Under the pieces are notes generated by a model. The model was not told where the DNA came from. It made no database searches and saw only the letters and a program-made list of their open reading frames with translations. A program made the translations under genes and the position numbers. A stretch of DNA of 60,533 bases, the filler included, from Sphacelaria rigidula (lineage: Eukaryota), in assembly GCA_964200075.2 (NCBI GenBank). It is 8 parts of 8 records of this genome, joined end to end, with 100 filler letters (N's around TTAATTAATTAA, not from the genome) between each part and the next. Parts side by side here need not be neighbours in the genome. Positions count along the whole stretch, not along the records: positions 45,476 to 52,954 come from CAXNAA020014733.1; positions 53,055 to 60,533 come from CAXNAA020014734.1; 6 more parts are not named here. One strand, written 5' to 3'. This document shows positions 51,257-60,533 of the stretch, piece by piece (position 1 is the first letter of the stretch; the number at the start of each line of letters is the position of its first letter).

Positions 51257-52926
51257 AAACACAATTACGAATTGATTTCCCTGTGTCCAGGGCGCTTCCA
51301 CTTTCAATTTATTTCGGTGTTTGTGACGTTGCGGTCTCGGCTTTCGGCAGTGAAACCGAAGTGGTCTCGGCTGGGCCGTTCTACTCTGAAATGAAGGTCT
51401 ACCGCACGCACCCGGGGAATGGTGATGTGTCGTTACACATAAGCGTAAAGTTGTATTGAAGCATGAATCGTGTTCGTATTATCGCTGTCGCCTCACATTC
51501 GCACGGGCCCGCAGCAAGTCGGTGCTGAGACGCGATCCGTTTCCCGGCAAATTCCCGCTAGGTCGTCCCGCACCACTCCCAGCCACTACCATTCCTGCTT
51601 TGAAGTACACGTATTGTTGATAGCACCACGACTAGTTTAGGCGCCGTGCTCGTCCTTTGAGGTTTTCGGTTTTTCGGAAAGGCGGGCAAGGCACGGCGCG
51701 GGTGTAATATGCGTGCAGAAGACATGGCACAGGTACGTTTCACCTCAACTCCCACCGGCGAGGTATTGTCATCTTCTGTTTTTAGGGCTTACGTCACATT
51801 ACCTCAATCCCTTGAACACATTAGTTATTTCTCTCCGACCCGTGGTCACGGGGTGCAAGGAGCCTACCATCCATGACCATAAAACCAAGGACTGACAGAG
51901 GATGACTTTACAGAAAAACGGTACAGTACACGAAAGAACCAGCCCGCAAAAACCGATCGAACTACAAGAAACACACTGCAAGCCGAAAAATTACCGGCGT
52001 GCGATCTAGACGACGAAATGACCACCTACTGCTGAATATACGTGTAGAAACAGCGAACGCAGGAACCGACATGTCGCAGGCAGCGAGAACCATCCCGTAA
52101 TAGACCTGGTAACATTAGAAAATATCCTAGGTTCAAGGAACTGAGGAAAAAACTTCATCAACGAAGCATCAGCTGACTTGGCTCAACATCAATATCAAGT
52201 GAGTTGATCACCGTATTATTAGTTCGGTGTAACCACCCAGAGCTAATCCAAGTTCGAGAAAGTCATATCTTCCTGCCCTAGAAGCAGGAAATTCGTAATG
52301 TATAGGAAATAGTTCAAAACGAAGGCCATATAGAAGTTAGGACACTCCTGATCCCCCCCACTCTTGACCCCCAAAAAGCACCGCGAAAAAAAAGTTGATT
52401 TGACCACATTACCGTGCAAAGATGACACACCGCCGGAAGAACCGGAGCCCAAAATGAGAAGCAACGATGCCGCTAAACAGCCACAGACCCTGCCGAAAGC
52501 TGACATGGATGATGTTGGGTGTGACGAAGTCCGTCACGTTCCGAGTGTAGGCATCTGGTTTTGGAACACATCACGGTAGAAGGAAGGTGGGCAAGAGGCA
52601 AAGTAAAGGAACGTGGAGACGTGAACAAGCATGCAGGCTGGAGATTGCACTGAGGCATGCTGAAAGCAAAACCAAGGCTGCCACCGATGAGAGCAAGCAT
52701 TGAAGCTGGGAGAGGGTAAGGTGAAAATGGAACTATACATGGTGGAGAGGGGGTTGAACGGGGAGAAGAAATATGTAGTTGTGGTACTTACCGGAAACGG
52801 TGGTTAAGTTTCCGGTTCCGCTCCTGGTAGCCGTGGATCGCGTACCCTGTCGGGTAGGATTAGGTTTCTTCATTTCGGGTCGAGGATAGCTTTTGCTTGA
52901 TGGCGTCACGGGATCGCCTCCGGGAG

Positions 52927-52954
52927 GGGGGCTGTACTCATGATCATGCATGCC
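52927..52954 (+). repeat. Start of a G-tract-associated repeat copy (cut by contig end)
   Basis: GGGGGCTGTACTCATGATCATGCATGCC matches 37665-37690. Confidence 0.7.
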
Positions 52955-53054
52955 NNNNNNNNNNNNNNNNNNNNNNNNNNNNNNNNNNNNNNNNNNNNTT
53001 AATTAATTAANNNNNNNNNNNNNNNNNNNNNNNNNNNNNNNNNNNNNNNNNNNN
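52955..53054. other. Artificial contig spacer
   Basis: N44-TTAATTAATTAA-N44. Confidence 0.98.
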
Positions 53055-53254
53055 GCCGTTGCAAAAATATCAAACGCCTCGTACTCTAGTAATATACGTC
53101 AATGCACGTACGTCACCTCGAAAAATTCGGGGGAAGTCACGATCTCGGAACGGTTTCCCCCCGATTTGGTCCAAATCCGTGTCCACAAAGTGCGTTCCCC
53201 GATTTTGAAAAGATGGAGATTTGTGCCTGCCATAAAAGTGGGTCTAATGCGTGG

Positions 53255-53415
53255 GAGGACCGCGTGCTTTTTGGACCGAATTTGAATTTGAATACCCCAG
53301 GATGGACCTTTTCCATGACCGTCCGGGTCAGTCCCCGAGGGACTGTGCCCCTGACCCTAACCCTGATCATGGGAGTGTTGGCACTCTGATGCGGTCCAGA
53401 AAGCACGCGGTCCTC
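53255..53415. mobile_element. MITE-like element with GAGGACCGCGTG termini
   Basis: GAGGACCGCGTGCTTT...AAAGCACGCGGTCCTC, with a related inverted copy at 57799-57967. Confidence 0.7.
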
Positions 53416-55802
53416 ACACACTTTTACAATGGGTTCTCGATTTGAGACGGCGACGAGGATGATGTTCAGTATATAACGAGAAATGCATTACGGAGTGAGC
53501 GATGGATAGACCCCCCTTGCCCAACATTGGGATGACCACGTTATTCGGAGGGATCAACCCGTGTCTCCCCCGACACCTGCAAAATATTTTGTCGGACTCA
53601 AGAATGTTGGGTGAGTCTAGAGAGAAATATAAGAATACCTCCGACAACATGTGAAGACATTTTTTGGCAGTTGCTACATTGAGCATTTCATGTGTATACA
53701 CTGAAGAGATGAACCATGAAAGGGCGCTGATGAGGATCCTCACCCCTGTATGACGGAGTTTAAGGAGCCACCTTCCCCCCTTTTCTTCCCACTTGGAGTT
53801 TTTGTAGAACATGTTTTCAGCCGTGGCCTTCAAATGAGATTATGTTTTGCTCTACTGGCTGGTTCAGGCTTACCGTCCGAAATTGTGTCATGAGCAGATG
53901 CCTTTCGCAATACCAACCCAATAGTCGCATACATGATATCATACCCACCGCTATGGACAGCTGAAGAGCGTGACATAGCCAGATTTGTCTGTAAGGCCAC
54001 AGCGGTACTGCTAAGTGCGAGAAGGTATATCGACCAATCAGCGCCCGTCAAATTGTCGCGAGGTCAAGGTTACGAGTTCCAATCCCGATTTTCACGTAAT
54101 CTCCACATCCTTCAAATCATAGTAACCGTCATCGGCTCGGGAATCCGACGAAAATAAAATATTTGAAAACAGCTACTACGGGGGCGAATTTTACCCGAAA
54201 CCGTGATGTTTCGGTGATCTCGGGTGTTGACGTCGTCTAATTTCCACCAATGATCCGCACAAGAAGATTCAGGAAGCTTCGTGACGGTGTCTTCTGTATC
54301 TGTTGTAGAAAAGCTCAGATCGCCCTCAAACTTGGCCGTAGGAATTGATGCTCGAAATCGAAAAATTGTATTCTTGACAATATTTGATGGTTTCTCCGTT
54401 CTCTACCGGCTGCGTCCCAGGATAGTCCAAGGAACATATGTACAAAGTTTGGTGGAGAAACTCGAAAAAACAGTTTCTCTGACCTTGACATGAAATTCGC
54501 CCTAAAAGGCTTTTTTCATACTAAAACCAAGTAGTCAGGAGTTGCACGTTTCAAGCCCCCGTCCTCCACAAACGCGCAAACCTTCACGCCATTATTACGA
54601 GTTAGATCCTGAAACTTGGCGCCAATATGCTATGCATCATTACGCAACTTATTATGGACGAGGTTTTTTCGGGGGTCCGAGGGGGGCAAAGTCGTTTTTG
54701 GAAGTAGTCTCCATTCTGGGACCGCGAAAAACCGGCACTCCGATATTTTCTTTCCCATTGTTTCGCGCGCGATTTGTCGCCGCATAACCCAAGGAAAGAC
54801 CCCACTAAATTTCGTTGCAAAAGTCGATCAACTGACGTTTGAATTTTCATGTTGACGTCTAGAACCCGAAAACGCCGTTTTGGTGCCGAAATCAAGCAGT
54901 TTGCGGTTTCACCCCCGTGCGCCAAGGTTTATCGCAGAAGAGCAATAACCCTCACGCCGTTCTATGGAGTTGGACCCTGAATGTTTGCACACCTGTTGTA
55001 TGGGTAATAAGGCAACTTTGGACAAACGAGTTTTTTTGTTTCTCGCTGTTTTACCGAAAAACGGGTCCGACGGGATCGATTTTTTCCAGGAAAACGGTGG
55101 GAAAAATCAAAAAGTTAAATCTTTATTTGAAAGTTGTGTATTGACTGACCCAGAAAACATCTTTGCAAAATCTCAGGATCTAACTCCTTGAGACGGCGTG
55201 AGGTTTTGCCGATGAGTGAACCAGCTCGTAGTGTTGCTAGTTGCGCGAAGACGTGGATTGTTGGAAATGAAAGGTCTCGCGGGGATGTCCCATGCAAGGA
55301 GTTTCTGCGAGGGTACCAGCCGAGTACCCATTTTGCACGAGGGTCTAGCGGCCGTGGAAAAATGTCCTGTCGGGAAAATCGAGACGAGGGCAAAACGGTA
55401 ATCGAAGGACGGCAGATGATATCCACCGTAAGCTCTGGACTCACAGCATGTAGTGTCCAGTCGTCGTTTGGAGTATTGGACTACGAGGAGGGTTGAAATG
55501 AGGTCCAATACTCGAGTGCCCGCAGTTTTCAGCGTATTTGTGGTGACATAAGTGCTTGCTGCAGGATACCTGAGGCGGGTACTGACACCCACAACTACCC
55601 CCACTTGACGCTACTGCACGCGGGCAGTCTCGGGATAGCAGCACGAGCGCAAATTTCGCTCGTTTCATCCAGTAGGTACAGCACATATACAGTGTGTAGT
55701 CGATGATCTTCCGTGTCGTGTTCCTCACGTCGAATTAGCTGCGCGTTTGGCCTCCCGAATACTGGCCCATTCAAGTACAACAGCCCATATTATGACCACC
55801 AC

Positions 55803-55885
55803 CGCTCCCTGGTCGTGTAATAGTCCGACTGTCGCCGTTAGTGTGGAAAGAACGAGGGTTCGATTCCCGATGCGTTGGGCTTTTT
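55803..55885 (+). mobile_element. tRNA-like element (SINE head or tRNA pseudogene)
   Basis: B box GGTTCGATTCC at 55857-55867, a degenerate A box upstream and a TTTTT run after. Confidence 0.35.
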
Positions 55886-57798
55886 GTTCATGCCTGATTT
55901 CCACCGTCGAAAAGCGTGAGTACACAATGTAGTCGACTGAGTTTGTTTGACGTGAGTTGACGCATTGCGGGAGTGCTGACCCAATCCACGAGAGCAAAAT
56001 GCAAGGGCGTACCGGGGAGAGATGGTTTGATCCCTCAATACTAATAGACCACGAACTCGTCCCGAGGAGGGGTTTTGTTCAAAATGCAACAAGTGACCGA
56101 AGAAATACAAACTACTAATGATGATACGACACAATTTTTCTTCATTGCATTTGCTCTGTGTGGTTTTTGCGCCCCTCCACCACCCCGTTCCCCCGTGACC
56201 GTTTCCGCGGACATGTGTCTCACGTACCGTGGTTGTGGTTGTCGAGTAGCGGTCGCAGCGATTGATTCTACAAGGGTTGACGATGGCTTCACCGATGGGA
56301 TCGGAAGTGCAGTTTCACCGGCAAAGGTGGCGGAGGCGTTGAGGTACCTCGCGAGGCGGGTGAAAAGTGCAGAAAGGGGAGAAAGTCAAGCGACAAGGGA
56401 GAGAGGTGATTCATCCACCTGGTTGATCGATTGGATGAATGTTTGGCCATCTCCCATCGCTGTTGGTTACGATGCATGAAGCTCGCAAATGATGTACCAT
56501 GACCTTACCCTGACAAGCGACCCCGGGTGCGTTCATCTCGTCCAGTCGCAGCGCCACGACGGTGTCTGGGGGACGGGACCAGGGCACGTTATTTGCCACG
56601 CATACGAACAGTCATCCTTGATAATAACCCTATGTGTCGCATACATGGTCGCGTGGGGTAACTGATTCTCTGGTTATCAAGCCGTCGGCTCAAGATAGAT
56701 GCCGAAGGCAGATGAGTGGAAGCAAACACATGGCTGAACAAAGCTCGCGCAACAGGAGGAAGGCAGAGGTGGCGGAGGTTGGATTTGCTTCACCGGGCTG
56801 GTCGGTCCCATTTTTCTCGGAATGTTTTGGGTTTCATTTATTTCCGTCTGCATTGCACGTCTTCGAAAATTCGATCAACCGCGTCATGATTTTTTTTCAC
56901 TTCCAATGATGTGTTCTGTGGGGTATTTACCTGGGAACACTTTCTACGAGAACCCCCTCCCCCTCCCCCGAACAAGAGCGGCCGGTTTGGGAAGGCAAAA
57001 TATACACGTGAATCGAATTAAAATAGCCGAGCACAAGGAGCAGCTGGGAATTCCCACGCCACGATTCATTTTCGCCAATATCACCCATGTGAGGCGCTTC
57101 ATGGACCCTGAAACCAAACATCATGCGCTGTTTGACCAGCTTCTTCGTGACAGTGTCGGGCTGGTCTTTGGGGGGGGTATCGTGATTTAGTATAAAAATT
57201 TCATCAGGAAGTACCTTTCAATACCCTGCCAAATCGTACCGGTATGTTCGGTACCATATATTTCGGTATTTTCTAGTATGTCGACTAAAAATACCCCACT
57301 TGCGGGTATACCCGACACAAGGTAGATGACACAACCTTGGATTCTTCCACCCGTCGGACAGCTCATGAGGTACGTGGAACAACTTATAGGAGGACTCTCA
57401 AACTTGTTGCCCAAGAACACAGAAAATGTGACAGCGGCCTCCGACGAGCCAAAGCGCTGTCTTAGCGCCACACCGCAGGCTCGACATGCAGCGCTGTAGG
57501 GAAAAAATTCGGGAAGAAAAAGAGCCAAATGAGCTATAATCGCTCATGATCCGGATCGGTACATTTAGAAGTGATATTCAGGCAGCTCGTGACCTGTCAG
57601 GCTTGTGGATTTTTCGTTGCCATTTGTGGTGCTGTGTCATGAATGTCCACATTTTCACGGATCACAACTCCCGGCACATGGCAACGATTGGGGCCAGCTC
57701 TTTTACATACCTACGGACACGCTTGGTGGAGCGGCGTACCAAATCTTGGGGGGCATGAGGTGGAAGTGAATCTTGGCTGTCATGTTTGTCATGTGTGA

Positions 57799-57967
57799 GA
57801 GGACCGCGTGCCTAGGGGACCACATCGGAACTTGAACATCCCTACAGTCAGTGTTGGGGTTGGGGTCAGGGGCGCGGTCCCTGCGAGGGCTGGCCCGATT
57901 GGTTTTGAAAAAAGTCGACCCTGAGGTGTTTCGGACTACGATGCGGCCCTCGAGACACGCGGTCCTC
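57799..57967. mobile_element. Second GAGGACCGCGTG MITE-like copy, opposite orientation
   Basis: GAGGACCGCGTG...CACGCGGTCCTC. The internal GGGTCAGGGGC.C.GTCCCT is the reverse complement of 53338-53358. Confidence 0.7.
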
Positions 57968-58142
57968 TAACGTGTTACATTGCTGCTACCAGTAATGACG
58001 CTGGGTGAGCTGTCACGCCATTCGTTTCCCCTGCCCCGATCGAGAACTTGACCTTCACCTTCGTCCGATCTTTTCGCGATATTTTTGTTTTTCTCACGCC
58101 CGCCGCCCCCGTTTTCAAATGTTGTCTTGTCCCCTCGTAAAG

Positions 58143-60422
58143 TTGCTGACATGGCAAAGCTAAGGGGAGTGCTCGAACAGCACGTGATGGCATCTGCGAA
58201 CAGCAGTAACGCAGACCGCCGGATGCACAAAGGCGACCAGGCCGCCTCTGCTGAGCAGCATAGCAAGGTGTGCTGCGTGCTTCCTCCCTCTTTATCTCCT
58301 TTCTTTGTTCTCCCTGAGAACGCTATGCTGTGCTATGCTACCACGGAAGGCAGCCTCCGTATGGTTGTGTAGGTGCTCTCGCTGAAAGGCCTGGGTCTTT
58401 CGATGTAGTGGTGAGCACATCCAGATCGCGCGGGGTTGAGGGTGATGTCTTCCAGGGACCGGGTCAGCTGCAGCAAGTTGCCCGATAAATGAAGGGGGGA
58501 GACCGGACTTGTCTAACCCCAAGACCTTCCGGAACGTCTCTGCACATCCTTATCCTCGTTGTCTTTGTTTTTGTTTTCCGGTTGGCGTGTCTTCGTCGCT
58601 GTGATTTTTCGACCTACGTTTGACTTTTTTGTGGGGCAGGAGGGGAGGGGCTTGATGGTCCCCATTATGGGCGCACTCTGACTGTCTTCGCGTTCTGTTT
58701 TGATTTTTCGCGTTGGTTGAAAAAATCATGTTCCACCATCCCCGTCGCCCCTCCTCCTTCTCGTCTCGATCGGCTTGTTTTTTTTTTTCAATTCAAATCG
58801 CGTTCCATGTTGCTTGCAGACGCTGGAAACCCTCCGGGAGCAGCATGACCAGGCCATTCAACAGATCCTAGTAGAAAAGGTACTTTCGTGAAATGCATAG
58901 TCCAAGTCCCTGTGAAAGTAAGGACAGCATGAATCGCGCTTTTTTAGCCCTTGCAGTGCCAGGGTGGCTCGTTCGGTTTCTGAAGTAATTATTGAAGTAA
59001 TGTGCTCATTCCATTGATGTCGCCACCCTGGCAGTCTGTCTAACGGTCAAAACGAGTTCGGAGACGAGGGGAGAGCGGGTGGTAATGAGGGTTCATCTGG
59101 GTTATTGCAACTCATGTCGGCCGACAATGCAAAAGGTATATACCTATCTAGCTACCTGATGTGGACCAACATCATATACCCTATTAAGAGCAATACAAGG
59201 GTACTGCCCCTGTGCTCGGAGTTTCATCGGAGTTTCATCGGACCCCCGGCAAGAGATGCAACAGATATGTACTTGAAGCTGTATATTCTTGTGTATTGCA
59301 GCTGTTGACAACATATTGTGCACGGTCTGAAGTGTTTATCGAATGAGGTGTCGGACGTTTGCCGACTTCGAGTCTGACTCATGGTGCTCGACCGCGTTGA
59401 AGTTCCTCCGGGGCTTATGTCTTAACCGATTGTTGGGACACGAGTCATGGCAAGTCATGGCTCGTTGGAGGCGTTGAGGTTTCAAGTACCATTTGCGGTA
59501 TGCTATATTTTTTTCCTTGGTGTACTCTACTGGTCTTCTATTTTTTTGTCCCCTCTTTTTTTCTTCAGCGAGTGTTGAAGTTTTGTTCTGTCTCGGGTGC
59601 CTGCCTCTGTTGTGTGATCCTGGGTGGATCGCTTCGAGGTCAGTTTGAGTGCGACAATCAATCAAAATCAGCGAATGAGCCAAATTGAAACTTTCCCCGA
59701 CCCAAATCCTGGGTTCCTGATGCCACCTTGGTGACACGATGTACCTGGAATGGTGAAGAGTATGCACCCCCGTGATATTCTGGCATTGTGCATGTGCCTA
59801 GCTGGCGACTGTGTCGTATTCCACAGTTACGTAGACAGATGTGGTTGAACGTCAATGCCAACATTGGATTATGGCAACGGGATTGCCTAGGCATTCCGTG
59901 AAAGCTGTAGTTTGAGAGGACTTCGTCGCTTGGCGGTGAAAACGGAGTCTGTTCCAGGGTGGATGAATCGCTCTTGACATTGAAGGAGGTTTCGACTTGG
60001 CTCGTAATCACCGTCGGGTGATGTCCACTGTCGTGGTGGTACTGACGATGGTTAATATGATGATGCTTTCCGTGTTTGCCTCAGGAACCTGGCCCTACCT
60101 GCTTGTGGCTCGTACCGAGATTTACCACAGTAGTGCGTACTTAGCCTGGAATGGACTTCCTCACTCCGAGAATGCCGACAATGGTAGCGTAGCCCCGTTT
60201 GTCAGATGCGTTGGAAGAGCGACGACTTGCCGCCGGTGCGTTGACTGTTATGCCCTTGTGGGACGCGGACGTGTGAAATTTCATTAAACTAAGTGTGTCC
60301 CGCATGCTCTGTTGCAGGATGTGGAGTTCAGCAAGATGGCGGAAGGCTACAAGAAGCAGCTCAATGAGGTGCAGTTGGAGCTACTCAACAACCGCCAGCA
60401 CATGATTAACACAGAAGCACAG
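58143..60422 (+). CDS. Unknown coiled-coil protein, partial; exons 58143-58267, 58820-58879, 60318-60422
   Basis: Phase-0 GT-AG joins give MAKLRGVLEQHV...EQHSK|TLETLREQHDQAIQQILVEK|DVEFSKMAEGYKKQLNEVQLELLNNRQHMINTEAQ. Confidence 0.65.
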
Positions 60423-60460
60423 GTGGGGCACGGGGTGGGGGTGGTGCAGCAGTCGAGGAG

Positions 60461-60533
60461 GGGGGCGTTCTCATGTGTTGCTTGGCTTAGTCGTTTGACC
60501 ATTGACCACGCATCCCTTTCGAGACGGAGCAAG
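60461..60533 (+). repeat. G-tract-associated repeat copy (cut by window end)
   Basis: GGGGGCGTTCTCATGTGTTGCTTGGCTTAGTCGTTTGACCATTGACCACGCATCCCTTTCGAGACGGAGCAA. Confidence 0.85.

Noticed and set aside
56246..57500. Extra upstream exons of the coiled-coil gene
   Set aside because: Several exon-like stretches exist but I could not join them in consistent phase.

Overview
Eukaryotic DNA, most likely from a brown alga or related stramenopile. This is inferred from the H3 'RFQGSAVL...GERS' signature, short exons in long GT-AG introns and the repeat content. The window is not one locus. It is eight contigs of 7480 bp (one) or 7479 bp (seven) joined by identical 100-nt spacers (N44-TTAATTAATTAA-N44), so adjacency across spacers has no biological meaning. 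Contig 1: a divergent histone H3 (one +1 frameshift) / intron-containing histone H1 pair, each followed by a shared non-canonical 3' stem-loop, plus tRNA-derived SINEs and a MITE. Contig 2: decayed Gypsy and Copia remnants with nested insertions. Contig 3: the 3' end of a gene with a possible cold-shock/OB-like domain, plus repeats. Contig 4: six exons of VPS45. Contig 5: a possible kinase-like gene end with a repetitive tail, and a 54-bp minisatellite. Contig 6: a CxxC-rich pseudogene split by a palindromic MITE. Contig 7: a near full-length decayed Gypsy element with a WVDD RT motif and a chromodomain-like tail. Contig 8: MITEs and exons of a coiled-coil gene. No CRISPR array, rRNA or convincing intact tRNA was seen. 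I found no clear multi-gene novel system. The best leads are the variant histone stem-loop and several non-autonomous mobile-element families. All calls were made by eye, with no database searches.
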